DNA of 64,000 nucleotides from assembly GCA_945921465.1 (NCBI GenBank), contig CAMEKS010000001.1:2745-66744 (forward strand), in the 5' to 3' direction. A program made the translations under genes and the position numbers. Below, piece by piece: positions 11,501-21,308 of the stretch; the stretch's first letter is position 1; every line of letters starts with the position of its first letter. Origin of the DNA: an uncultured Clostridia bacterium. GTDB lineage: Bacteria > Bacillota > Clostridia > Christensenellales > UBA1242. The notes below the pieces were generated by a model. That model was not told the origin of the DNA. It ran no database searches and worked only from the letters and a program-made list of their open reading frames with translations.

Positions 11501-11856
11501 AATTACAAAATTTTCCTGCAAAGGGTAAAATACTAAGAACAGAGAGAAATGGTAAAGGTGAGATTGTAAAACGAGGTAACTTTGCCAATCTAATGCTGGA
11601 CGCCCAAGACTGGAACGACGCGATAGGTTATCTGGTAGATTTGTATCGGGTTAGCGCGGAGAAGATTGTCTCAGGAGATATCTCTAAGAGACCGTTATTG
11701 ATTAACAAAACAAGCCCTTGTGCTCATTGTAATTATCGAGGGATTTGTAATTTTAATAAACTATATGGCAATAACTATAGGGTATTTGACAATATTAAGA
11801 CGATTAATGACTTAAAAGAATATGCAAAGAGGGAGGGAGCAAATAATGGAGAATAA
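8593..11856 (+). CDS. addB: ATP-dependent helicase/nuclease AddAB, subunit B
   Basis: Length, position upstream of addA, C-terminal PD-(D/E)XK nuclease (ILDYKTG) and Fe-S cysteines (RCPYSHY ... CAHCNYRGIC). Start at ATG 8593 behind AAAGGAG (Met11 of the track ORF). Confidence 0.9.
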   Translation: MQVDFYLSNINYFAKRAALQSICINNEKIKTIILTPDRNTLNIEKEVLEDNNIAAAFNLDVMTFSRLAKNYLKSKGLYKNILTKHAAVSLVSMILQEQQNNLKLFSKNVNQIGFAEKIFETISLFKSCRIAPQDIVLDSDYKLLQLKLCDLKLIYQEYEKKLGEKFTDSFNQLDVFCRAIDAQDFANVDLVLVDFEDITPAIARVLSKLATACRSVKISTTYSKSVKNLSNADVYNNELFYTLKDAFRTNGIESNNIYVEPSGNIGQISKNICGKNDKKIGGVSMRLIGAWDKESEIKNVCSLIKKDIIDGKVSVDNVAIVASDIDGYGDLLEKCLNKANIPYYIDRSQKLSDNILAKVVVGIIEIVLNGVDKYNIIKLLDSGIFALNNTQLNAYKSYINRINAKGKYLYNSPDGLKQSGDVETVFDKLKPIMMTQSDKYTIAGLKEIVDNALESIGYDSFADMIYEKYVAIEDIAKAKMLTQSKRILSEMWEELTMLYGDYEFEAKVLWKIIEAMVQDIKLTLPPIKVGSLVVYDFDTSYIPMTKQLYFVGAEDGALPKYSIESALINDKEINKMSSCNKLSPTIAIINKRKSIKIIESVCKAIDQITFSYVCADSNGESVYPAAIVGELSKVLSDVSTLIDGTAAVGWEDIADVPLANIVPSFAEDNVIDGIRQWNVYGELAAYRRNITSLYQALQDNIRIDYVHNLNISNEAPNLSLSSKLFFRSGRVSPSQFESYARCPYSHYLTYGLKLQEDISPRVLSNDIGNIIHKYLYTVIYDLNNYKDDVEFVGNISEFVKFNLDKIFERDEYKRLKLNSANNNTIKGLYLEVERLTMAIIGQLQDTDFVPTHREFDFGKSDNGYTITLTSGKQITISGKIDRVDEFGDQFIILDYKTGSADVGDYTDLASGRKIQLFTYCLLYNRLSQKTPVGAFYLPINNKSDLSVMRKYRYKGYVLNDLSVMGQIDNELQNFPAKGKILRTERNGKGEIVKRGNFANLMLDAQDWNDAIGYLVDLYRVSAEKIVSGDISKRPLLINKTSPCAHCNYRGICNFNKLYGNNYRVFDNIKTINDLKEYAKREGANNGE

Positions 11857-14800
11857 TACTAATCTTATTGATCGACCAGTAAGTGATATAATATTTCATC
11901 AGTTGACTCCCGAACAACTAGAATTTGTAACCGATTGCAACCACTCAATATTGGTATCTGCCAGCGCAGGTACTGGCAAGACCACAACTATGGTAAAGAA
12001 GATTATATATCTAATTGTGTATAAGAAGATAGATTTAGACCAAATGTTAATTGTTACTTATACAACCGCAGCGGCGAGCAAGTTGCGTCACGATATATAT
12101 AATATGCTGACAAGGTTAAAAGAAATCACAGAGTCAGAAGAATTGCAAAAAAGACTGGTTAGGCAGATGGAGATTTTGCCAAATGCAGACATTGGGACCA
12201 TTCATGCTTTTTGTAATAAATTAATCAAAAAATATTTTTACAAAATTGGCGTTGACCCCAATTATGTAATTCTATCAAATGACAAATTAACAGGATGTTT
12301 GCTGGACGAAGCCATGAATAATGTTTTTGAACGAGTGTCTAGTGAGGGAGATCTTGACTTCGAAAGATTATACGAGAGTTTTAATTCTAGTCGTAGTGAT
12401 GATAATCTAAAGGGATGTATTGCCAAATTGTACAATTATATTGCTTGTCGCAGAGACTCTGTAGCTAGATTGCAAAATAGTATTACAGAAGGTTATAATA
12501 TTCCTTCTCAATCTATGCAGTATGTGGCGCAATATTATAGGGATGAGTTGTTATCAACGCTGAGGCAATTAAAAGAGTGTTATGAAAAAGCAAAAATTGT
12601 AAATGAAGAAAAGATTGCTGCTTATGCTGCCCAGCGAATAGGATTGATTAATGAAATATCGGGAACAAATGACTGTATCAAGATAGCCAAGGCAATATGT
12701 AATAGAGAACTAGATGCAAAACCTAGTTGGAGCAAGAACAAAATTGATGAACTTGGTATTAAGGCTATTTTAGATGGCGTTAGTGAAGTATTTAAGGGCA
12801 TATATGATAAGGCAAAAAAGACATTGCAGTGGCTAATTGACGATACATATTCTGAAGACAATGAGATTAATCAAACAAACGCATCTAAGATGCTAGAAAT
12901 CACCATGGCTGTTGGCAGCGAATATGCTAGACTAAAGCGTGATAGGGGTTTGGTTGATTTTGGGGATTTGGAGAATTATGCAGCGAACATATTAGGATTT
13001 GTAGATGTTGTAGAAGAGTGTCGCAGAGACTATGCGTATGTATTTGTAGACGAATATCAAGATGTTAATCCAATGCAAGAAGAGATAATATCGGGTGTAT
13101 CTGGCAATAATAATCTATATATGATAGGAGACATTAAGCAGAGCATATATAGATTTCGTCAGAGTTCTCCAGAAATCTTTTTAAGCAAATATAATGACTA
13201 TAAGTCGCCACATAATGACAAAAAGGTTGTATTTTTTAACAAAAACTTTCGTAGCAATCCAGCGGTGCTTGGATTCGTTAATGATGTATTTGACAAAATT
13301 ATAACCAAGAAATATGTAGGAATAGACTATGCCCAAGAGGCAAGACTTGTTGCAGGCAAATCTGATGATACTAACACAAAAGCAATAGAACTATGTCTAA
13401 TAGATAGCGAAGCAATAGAGTTGGATGATGACACAACCAAGAGGAGTTATGAAGCAGAATTAATAGCGAGCAAGGTTGCTCAAGAGATTAATAATGGAGC
13501 CAAGTTTAGCGACATAGCGGTCTTGTTACGAGACAAGCAAGAGTTGGCTAGGGAAGTGTGGCTGACGCTGAAGAAATACAACATTCCGATTACCATCGGG
13601 CTGAAGGCCAATATATGGGATAGTGCTGAAATAAAAGTGTTGCTTGCATTGTGTCAATGCATTTATAATGAAAACAACGATATTGCTTTTGTTACCTTAC
13701 TGCATAGTCATATTATTGATATGACAGATGAGGAGTTGTCACTTATCAGATTATCAGATCCCGATACCGAGTCGTTCTATGCAGCTTGCCTATCAGCCAA
13801 GGCCAAAGGATTGCCTGTAGCAAAAAAAATATTGCAATTACAAGAAATTCTGCGAACATTAAGATTGCAATTGCAAGATGAAACTATATATTCGGTGATG
13901 GACAAATTTTTGCTGAAATCAGGTTTGTTCAATTACTACAGAAGTATGGTAGATGGTGCACAAAAAGAGTGCTATATTAATGAATTTCTTAATATTATCA
14001 ACAATCCTATGTACGAAAGGGATATGGCTAGATTGTTAGATTATATAGATTCTATCAAAGGTAAAGCTAGCGAAATCAATATCTCTATGGGGCATGATTC
14101 GGTTAAAGTGATGACGATGCACGCAAGCAAAGGACTAGATTATCCGATTGTCATCGTGGGCGGATTTGGTGAAAAAGTAGTCAAAAACAAATCTAATGGT
14201 CTATATCTAAACAAAGATCTTGGCATAGCCGTTAAGTCGGAAGATAGTGAGAATAAAACTGAAAATATTAACATCAATGCCAAAGCGATTACCATTAGAA
14301 ATTACAAGGAAGAATTAGAAGAATCTATTAGGCTATTGTATGTGGCGTTGACTAGACCCAAAAATAAGTTAATTATAACGGGCGTTGCTGATATTGGACA
14401 TATAGAGAAGAAAGATATAATAAAAGCCGACTCTTATCTTGATCTATATGTACTATCACTGTCATCTAATGAGATATCCGGCTTGCAAAACAATGGCAAT
14501 GCAAAGATTGTGCGAGACTGGGGCGAGTATGAAATAGAGATAGATAATGTAATTGTGACAAAAAAGATAAGAAATAATAACATTATATTGGATGTCGCAA
14601 ACCCTGTGATAGTGACCAGTTTGCAGAGATATTATAATTATACGCAGCCGAACTATAACAAGTATGCTCTTAAAAATTCTGTATCAAGTATTCTTAGAGA
14701 AGAGTCTGCTGATTATGACAACGCTTTAGATAATTTTAAGAAGTTGACGACAAAAGAAAGCCTGAATAGTAGTGATGCAATGGAGTTAGGAACTCAATAT

Positions 14801-15268
14801 CACGCTATTATGCAAAATGTTGACTGGAAAGATATTCGTCCTGCAAGTGCTATTATTAAGGATTGTGCTATGCGAGGAATTATTAATCCAATATACTTGC
14901 CTATGATTGATGCCTTGCGCATAGACCAAGCGATTGCAACAATTAGAGGGATTATAACCAATGGGGACAAAATAGTGCCAGAATATAACTTTCTGACATA
15001 TTATCCACACAATTTGTTGATAAGCGGGAGTGATTGTGACAAAAAGGTACTAATACAAGGCGTTATTGACCTATGCATAATTAGAGGCAAAGAAGCAATC
15101 ATTGTAGATTATAAGACTAACAAGAAGACTAATCCGAAGTACTATATAGATACATATCGCACACAATTAGAGTTATATGCCAAGAGCGTGGAATTGGCGT
15201 ATCAAACGAAAGTAACTAAGAAATATATTTATTCTTTCGAAATGGGTCAATTAATAGAAATTGAATAA
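11846..15268 (+). CDS. addA: ATP-dependent helicase/nuclease AddAB, subunit A (UvrD-like helicase plus nuclease)
   Basis: Walker A SASAGTGKTT, motif II VDEYQDVN, and a C-terminal nuclease VDYKTNK. ATG 11846 follows GGGAGGGAG and overlaps the addB stop by 11 nt. Confidence 0.9.
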   Translation: MENNTNLIDRPVSDIIFHQLTPEQLEFVTDCNHSILVSASAGTGKTTTMVKKIIYLIVYKKIDLDQMLIVTYTTAAASKLRHDIYNMLTRLKEITESEELQKRLVRQMEILPNADIGTIHAFCNKLIKKYFYKIGVDPNYVILSNDKLTGCLLDEAMNNVFERVSSEGDLDFERLYESFNSSRSDDNLKGCIAKLYNYIACRRDSVARLQNSITEGYNIPSQSMQYVAQYYRDELLSTLRQLKECYEKAKIVNEEKIAAYAAQRIGLINEISGTNDCIKIAKAICNRELDAKPSWSKNKIDELGIKAILDGVSEVFKGIYDKAKKTLQWLIDDTYSEDNEINQTNASKMLEITMAVGSEYARLKRDRGLVDFGDLENYAANILGFVDVVEECRRDYAYVFVDEYQDVNPMQEEIISGVSGNNNLYMIGDIKQSIYRFRQSSPEIFLSKYNDYKSPHNDKKVVFFNKNFRSNPAVLGFVNDVFDKIITKKYVGIDYAQEARLVAGKSDDTNTKAIELCLIDSEAIELDDDTTKRSYEAELIASKVAQEINNGAKFSDIAVLLRDKQELAREVWLTLKKYNIPITIGLKANIWDSAEIKVLLALCQCIYNENNDIAFVTLLHSHIIDMTDEELSLIRLSDPDTESFYAACLSAKAKGLPVAKKILQLQEILRTLRLQLQDETIYSVMDKFLLKSGLFNYYRSMVDGAQKECYINEFLNIINNPMYERDMARLLDYIDSIKGKASEINISMGHDSVKVMTMHASKGLDYPIVIVGGFGEKVVKNKSNGLYLNKDLGIAVKSEDSENKTENININAKAITIRNYKEELEESIRLLYVALTRPKNKLIITGVADIGHIEKKDIIKADSYLDLYVLSLSSNEISGLQNNGNAKIVRDWGEYEIEIDNVIVTKKIRNNNIILDVANPVIVTSLQRYYNYTQPNYNKYALKNSVSSILREESADYDNALDNFKKLTTKESLNSSDAMELGTQYHAIMQNVDWKDIRPASAIIKDCAMRGIINPIYLPMIDALRIDQAIATIRGIITNGDKIVPEYNFLTYYPHNLLISGSDCDKKVLIQGVIDLCIIRGKEAIIVDYKTNKKTNPKYYIDTYRTQLELYAKSVELAYQTKVTKKYIYSFEMGQLIEIE

Positions 15269-15269
15269 C

Positions 15270-15305
15270 AAAAAAAGTGCTCTATAACCTAGAGCGCTTT
15301 TTTGT
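15270..15305. terminator. Bidirectional rho-independent terminator between addA and the convergent transglutaminase gene
   Basis: An A-run, then the hairpin AGTGCTCTA-taacc-TAGAGCGCT, then a T-run. Confidence 0.75.
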
Positions 15306-15404
15306 TATTAAGCAGTATGCAAATAGTATAGTATATTACTGCGAAATTAATACTTGATTAGTAAACATTAATTGTTAAATGATAAAATTTGTTCGGGTCA
15401 ACTT

Positions 15405-18400
15405 CTAAATCCACTCTATTTGTAAAACAATATGAAAAGCATATTGTCCGCTATTGTATTCATAAAACTCACCATTGCCGGTGTATAGTACACTTACTGT
15501 ATTATTTAATGCTTCAAATTTGTTTGTAATGGCGGTTCTTTGTGAGGAGGTTGGAGTGGTGCTTGATGCAGAAGATGGGACCATGCTTGCCAGCAATTCT
15601 TTTGTCACCAAAAACTCTATATATGTATATTCCTTTTGCTTAACAATTTGCGATAAATTATTTAATTCTGTAGATGTACTTATTAACAAATCTTGTGTAT
15701 TTGTGGACAAGTCGCCTTGCCAAATTGTTTTATTAAATGCGTTATATGAAGTAGCTGGTGTAGCGTATAGAGAGTATTTGGTGTGGGCGGCATGTTGGAA
15801 GTGCGTCTCGGATACATAATTATCTGTAACCAAGAAATATTCATGTAACAGACATTCATTTTTGCCATTAGAAGTAGTGAGAAAGAACTCTGTCCAAGTA
15901 ATGTCAACCAGATAATAATTATTATCAACACATACTTTATTCCAAGCATGACCGCCTGAACCATTGCCTGTTTTTGCCTCGCCCGATATACGATAACAAT
16001 TGACACCCATCATATTGCATAGGAGCGAATAAGCTTTGCTAAATCCGTCACATACTGCCAGCCCGATGCCACCGTTAGTAGATTGGTCAATGTCTACTAG
16101 GAACACACCCTCTAGATAGAATGAAGGAACGGAGGTAGGGGAGGTCGAGCCTAAGCTGTTGGTGCCGGCGGTGTAATCATAAACTGTGTTAGCAGTAATC
16201 CAATCGAACAAAGTAAGTGCTATCTCATAATTACTCATAGCCGGCGAGATATATTCATTAATTACTTCCTTCGCCTTGTTGTAGACGGCTTCTGCCCGAC
16301 TACCCACTGCGCACACAGGCGTGTATCCGCCCTCTAGTGCCTTGTATAACTCTTCGGTTGTAGTAACTGGAACTTTAATCATTTTGCTATCAGAAACAAA
16401 ATTACTAGTATTGCTTCGCTTGCCATTGGTGGAATAATCGTAAATTGTATAGTAAGCATTATTAATATTATATTGAGAGTAGTGGTTTGGTGATATATTA
16501 TTATCTTCGTATACATCTAGCGTACATTCTGTCCCGCCAACATATGACACATCCATTCGTATGTACCCTTGAGAATATGATATAGTGCATCCGTAATAAC
16601 TTGTCTCTACAAACGAATCATATGCAGTGGCGATTGCAGTTGTGTACTGGCTTTTGTCTATAAAAGCACTATCAATACCTATTTCATATTCTGTTAATCT
16701 GGATATAAAACTATAATATACGAAGTGATTAAGTTCTTCTTGACTTTCGATATAATAGTCCGCCAATATTCCGTCAAATGCAAAGACTTGTGAATATTTA
16801 GTATAAGGTGTTGGATTGTAATAAGAAGGGATTAGGTTAGATGTGTAATATTTGTTAGCAACTTTGCACGCAATCACAATTGCCAATATCTCATTTCCTT
16901 CTAATCCCAACGCAGAGTAAATATCAGAAACGCTAACGTTAGATGTGGTTATCTGTGTCCACGAATAGCCTGCTTTATCGCAGTAAGTGGCCATATATGC
17001 GTTAGATATGCCGTTTGGCAAATCCCAAGTAATTATCCCGTTATTAATAGAATATTGTGCGCCCAATGTAGTGCTAGAATATACCGTGTTATCTAATATA
17101 AGGCTATAATCGCTAGCCGAATTGTCATAGACAATCGTGTTACTGAAGTCGCTATCATTATACAAATCACCGCTTGAATGAGCCAATACTTTGATGCTAT
17201 AATAATTGTTTTCGGTTATATAGTCTAAGATGTTGAAATTGGTGGAAGAGATATAACTGCCGAATAAAGCATTATTTATATAGACGGCGTAACTATCTGC
17301 ATTGTCCACTTCATCCCAACTAACTTCGCCTGTGCCATAATTAATGCTTATTGTAGGAGCAGTTAATGTACCCTTAATAGTAACAGTATATTCCACGCTA
17401 TTGCTAGCAGCGCTATTGATGTAATCTGTGTTTGTGGTTTGAGCAATAATGTATATATTATATGTATTTGCCGCCAAAGAGTAGTTGGACAGATTGATTA
17501 AATATGACTCTTCGGCGGCCTTTATTGTGTCAAGTAATTCGTCGTTGCAATAAATTAGATAATTGCTGGCTTCTGCCACATCGTCCCATGATAACAACGA
17601 GCCGGCAAGTTGAATTGTGGGGGATTGGATAGCTACTGGCGTGTAATTAGTGTCGGTAATAGTAAGTACGCAATTATATATTTTGGTTGGATTGGCGGCA
17701 GAGTTAAGATAGATTTGCTCATAAGTTCCACTATATTCTAATGAATATTCGCAGCCATTTTTGCCAAGTTTCTGCACGAACTCTGCCAATAGGGTGTTAA
17801 AATCACTGTTAGATATTACCGCGGACGACAGATTTAATTGCTCACTTATTAGTTCCTCGGCTATGCTTAAGTATACCTCGTGGTTAAGCATATTAGGGTT
17901 GTAGACGGCAAGTGTGCGATATACATTAATTATATCTTTCATTTCTTGTAATTCATCTGCCAATAATCCCGTCTGATATACCAACACCATATATGTGCCA
18001 TCTTTGGAGTAATCTATGAAGTTAAGCGAACCACCTATAGTATCGTAGTGTTGGGTAATTAGTTGTGGGCCAAACTTAACCGCACGCAATTCTTTTTGCA
18101 ACGCTTCCAAATATGTCTGTGCGTTGTACTTTGCTACTAGCGAATCAAGATAATCAATGTTAATCCTAAATTCAATAAATTCTTTGTCCGCATACACCTG
18201 ATAGTCTAGCACCGCCTTTAGATCGTCAGAATTGTCTACACTAAGGTCGCAGGATATATTGTTAGTGCCATTGGTGTATGTTAGGGTAGTGTGATCATAA
18301 TAATTATATTTGGATACAATAGGGGTGACATATTGATCGAACTTGGTTCTTGTTGCACATTCGATGTGGGAAGAAGATACAGTATATTCGGATATCAAGA

Positions 18401-20036
18401 AATATTTATGAGCCAAGAACTCTGATTTGCCAGCGTTGTCTGCGTCTAATATCTCTGTCCAAGTAATATCTACAAGATATGCGTTGCCGTCTATGACAAC
18501 TTTATTCCAAGCGTGACCGCCTTCGCCCGAAGCGGTCTTGGCGTCACCAGCAATACGGATACAATCTATTCCTTCCATATTGCATAGCAGCGAATATGCT
18601 TTGCTGAAGCCGTCGCACACAGCCACACCCTTAAGGAATACTCCCTCTAGATAATAACTACAATCTTGAGTAAAAACATAATTATTAGGATTATAATCCC
18701 CCGAATAATCATAAACAGTGTTGTAGGTTATCCAGTCGAAAATTGACAATGCTTTCTCGTACGTTGTCATATTAGGGGAGATAATTTTTCTTAAAACTGA
18801 CTTGGCCGCTTCATATATGTCTTCGGCTCTGCTACCGCTGGCAATAATTGGTGTAATATGTCCCTCTACTGCCTGATATAATTCGTCACTAGTTGCCACA
18901 TTTGCGGTTAAGAAATATTTATCTGAAGCAAAATTGTCATATGACAAACTACGCTTGCCATTTGTCGACCAGTCGTACGTTTTGTAATATTCTAACCCAG
19001 TGTCAGAGGTTGGATAAGTGTATCTAGTGTCAACATCTTTGTTAATGTTGCACTCGGTCACCCCGCAGAAATCCATTGCTATAACATATTCGTCAGTACT
19101 GATATTGCTGGCATTTGCCAGTTCTTTGTTGGCGAAAACATAATTAATATACTTTGTCTCGTAGAACGAATCAAAGGAGTCGTTAATGTCATTCTTAATA
19201 CGTCTATCTGAATTAAGCACACCCAACTGAGATACATAATCAGAATCAAATCTAACCGAGTATTCCCCATTTCTTTCGTTAAATTGATAGTACATTACTG
19301 TATTTAATTCATCTTTGCTGTTGATATAGTGGTCATATATTTTGCCGTCAAAGACCACAATATTTTCGGTGTATGTGCCCATATTATCAGGATTGTAATA
19401 ACTTATTCTAGGGGATAGCAGATTAATCTCGGTATCAGAGTCTGAAGTCAGATATCCTACATTCCAAGCAACAATTTCGTGCAGCGGAGTATTTAGGCTG
19501 CTTAGGTCAAAAGATGTAGTTGTAATTAGATTTTCTCTTAAACCAACTGTATTAGAATAAGTAGTTACTACATATTTGTAAGCACTTACTCTAGCAGTCC
19601 AGCTGATTATAGTTCCATCAATTGTGGCAGATGATGCCACGGACGTCGCATAGGTATAGCTATTGGTTCGTGGTGTGTAATCTAATATGACCGAATTGCT
19701 CATATTCCCAACTTTACCCGAATTAGATCTGGCACTGACAGTAAATGTCATATACGATTTGTTTGACAAATACTCCGATATATCGTAAGTAATCAAATCT
19801 TCGGTGGCCGTAGTCGAGCCAATCTCTTGGTTATTTAGATAAATAGAATAGTTGTTGTAATTATCCACCTTGTACCATTGCAGCTGCCCAGCATTGTGGT
19901 CTATATATATAGTTGGAGCCTTCGGCTTAGTCGCAAAAAAATTCAAATCGCAACTGCATCCACCCAACAAGCCCGTAGAGAGGATTATGACTAACATAAT
20001 CATTGGCAAAAATAATTTATGTAAAAATTTTTTCAT
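15405..20036 (-). CDS. Giant lipoprotein with two transglutaminase-like cysteine-protease cores (internal tandem duplication)
   Basis: Signal peptide with lipobox LLGGC. Two copies of AVCDGFSKAYSLLCNM...GGHAWNKV...YLVDITWTE (Cys-His-Asp core), each preceded by similar domains of about 400 aa. N-terminal Ig/Fn3-like modules. RBS AGGAGAAG. Confidence 0.8.
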   Translation of the reverse strand: MKKFLHKLFLPMIMLVIILSTGLLGGCSCDLNFFATKPKAPTIYIDHNAGQLQWYKVDNYNNYSIYLNNQEIGSTTATEDLITYDISEYLSNKSYMTFTVSARSNSGKVGNMSNSVILDYTPRTNSYTYATSVASSATIDGTIISWTARVSAYKYVVTTYSNTVGLRENLITTTSFDLSSLNTPLHEIVAWNVGYLTSDSDTEINLLSPRISYYNPDNMGTYTENIVVFDGKIYDHYINSKDELNTVMYYQFNERNGEYSVRFDSDYVSQLGVLNSDRRIKNDINDSFDSFYETKYINYVFANKELANASNISTDEYVIAMDFCGVTECNINKDVDTRYTYPTSDTGLEYYKTYDWSTNGKRSLSYDNFASDKYFLTANVATSDELYQAVEGHITPIIASGSRAEDIYEAAKSVLRKIISPNMTTYEKALSIFDWITYNTVYDYSGDYNPNNYVFTQDCSYYLEGVFLKGVAVCDGFSKAYSLLCNMEGIDCIRIAGDAKTASGEGGHAWNKVVIDGNAYLVDITWTEILDADNAGKSEFLAHKYFLISEYTVSSSHIECATRTKFDQYVTPIVSKYNYYDHTTLTYTNGTNNISCDLSVDNSDDLKAVLDYQVYADKEFIEFRINIDYLDSLVAKYNAQTYLEALQKELRAVKFGPQLITQHYDTIGGSLNFIDYSKDGTYMVLVYQTGLLADELQEMKDIINVYRTLAVYNPNMLNHEVYLSIAEELISEQLNLSSAVISNSDFNTLLAEFVQKLGKNGCEYSLEYSGTYEQIYLNSAANPTKIYNCVLTITDTNYTPVAIQSPTIQLAGSLLSWDDVAEASNYLIYCNDELLDTIKAAEESYLINLSNYSLAANTYNIYIIAQTTNTDYINSAASNSVEYTVTIKGTLTAPTISINYGTGEVSWDEVDNADSYAVYINNALFGSYISSTNFNILDYITENNYYSIKVLAHSSGDLYNDSDFSNTIVYDNSASDYSLILDNTVYSSTTLGAQYSINNGIITWDLPNGISNAYMATYCDKAGYSWTQITTSNVSVSDIYSALGLEGNEILAIVIACKVANKYYTSNLIPSYYNPTPYTKYSQVFAFDGILADYYIESQEELNHFVYYSFISRLTEYEIGIDSAFIDKSQYTTAIATAYDSFVETSYYGCTISYSQGYIRMDVSYVGGTECTLDVYEDNNISPNHYSQYNINNAYYTIYDYSTNGKRSNTSNFVSDSKMIKVPVTTTEELYKALEGGYTPVCAVGSRAEAVYNKAKEVINEYISPAMSNYEIALTLFDWITANTVYDYTAGTNSLGSTSPTSVPSFYLEGVFLVDIDQSTNGGIGLAVCDGFSKAYSLLCNMMGVNCYRISGEAKTGNGSGGHAWNKVCVDNNYYLVDITWTEFFLTTSNGKNECLLHEYFLVTDNYVSETHFQHAAHTKYSLYATPATSYNAFNKTIWQGDLSTNTQDLLISTSTELNNLSQIVKQKEYTYIEFLVTKELLASMVPSSASSTTPTSSQRTAITNKFEALNNTVSVLYTGNGEFYEYNSGQYAFHIVLQIEWI

Positions 20037-20592
20037 TTCTTCTCCTACAATATTTATCCACTACTTTATTCTATTATATTTGAACGCGTTTATTCTAATA
20101 TAGATTCCTTAAAACCTGCCACGGTGGCAAGTTTAGTATAATTTGTTATTTCATAATCAATATATTCAAAATTCAATTGTAATTTTATATAAAGATATGA
20201 AACAACTATACACATTTATTATATATTATTTTTCATTTTATTCCAATTATTTCGAATACAAGTACAGAAGTTGTTATTTTTGCCGCAATTACAACGATGA
20301 CATTTTGAGGCTGTGCATACTTGCTGCTTGGGGCACAATTAGTAACCATAGGCGCGACGCATTAAATAATATAAGAAGTTGCAAAAATTCTGCAAACCAT
20401 GGTTAATATGCCAAGAGGTTCACAAACCACAAAGTGCAACTAGGGTGATTTCTAAGTTGGTTAATAGAATCTAATATAGTGTAGAATAATATGTCTGCTA
20501 TATATGTTTAACGATTACAATTTAACAGATTGGTGATTGCAACATACTTTTTGCTTATGTGTATTGAGAGATAGAGGGCTACACAACAATAT

Positions 20593-21156
20593 TTATACAG
20601 AAGTTATATCTAGAATTGCGCGGTCTATATCCCATATAGTATACACATCTAAGTTGCTAGGAAGAAATTGGAAAATCACTATAAGCATACAAGGCGAGTC
20701 TCCGCTCAAGTTGCTCTCTGTAGTTATAGATTTTGCAAAGGATATTTCGGAATTATTTGTGACAAGTGCATTAAGATAATAATATCCGTCATCGTTCTTT
20801 TTCCAAATATCACTAGATATCCCAATGCCTTCTATTGGCGTGCCAGAATTGGCGTTAGCGACACTTGCTCGCACAAAATAATTTTGGTCCAATAATGAAG
20901 TCTTTAACTTAATATTTTGCTTGTATCTTACTCCAGATGGCGTGCTACTTGGATAATAAATCATACTTGTGATGATGTCTTGCTTTCCATCCCACTGCAC
21001 TGTAATATCCTGACCCAAATTGGTGCTATATGCTATATTATTGCGAGAAATCATCAACGCAATGCTGTACACTGCCAGCGCTATGTTCATAATGCCTAGC
21101 ATCACAATTATTCCTATTGCGATTATTAATTTTTTATTATTTACTATATTGCTCAT
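20593..21156 (-). CDS. Hypothetical membrane-anchored protein
   Basis: 187-aa ORF with one N-terminal TM helix (LIIAIGIIVMLGIMNIALAVYSIALMI). I recognise no motif. Confidence 0.55.
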   Translation of the reverse strand: MSNIVNNKKLIIAIGIIVMLGIMNIALAVYSIALMISRNNIAYSTNLGQDITVQWDGKQDIITSMIYYPSSTPSGVRYKQNIKLKTSLLDQNYFVRASVANANSGTPIEGIGISSDIWKKNDDGYYYLNALVTNNSEISFAKSITTESNLSGDSPCMLIVIFQFLPSNLDVYTIWDIDRAILDITSV

Positions 21157-21308
21157 ACTTATATTATTGCCATAGTAATACGCATTACATACTCGTTACT
21201 TTTGAAGTTATTAATGTAAAATGTTTGAAATATTATAATATCTGTTGTATACTAATATTGTTTATTAATATATATAAATAGTATATACTCTAATTATTAA
21301 GGAGCAAT

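Noticed and set aside
20054-20062. Isolated DnaA-box-like 9-mers: TTATCCACT at 20054-20062 and TTATCCACC at 19862-19870.
   Set aside because: These are single one-mismatch boxes, one of them inside a CDS, which is expected by chance in 64 kb of AT-rich DNA.
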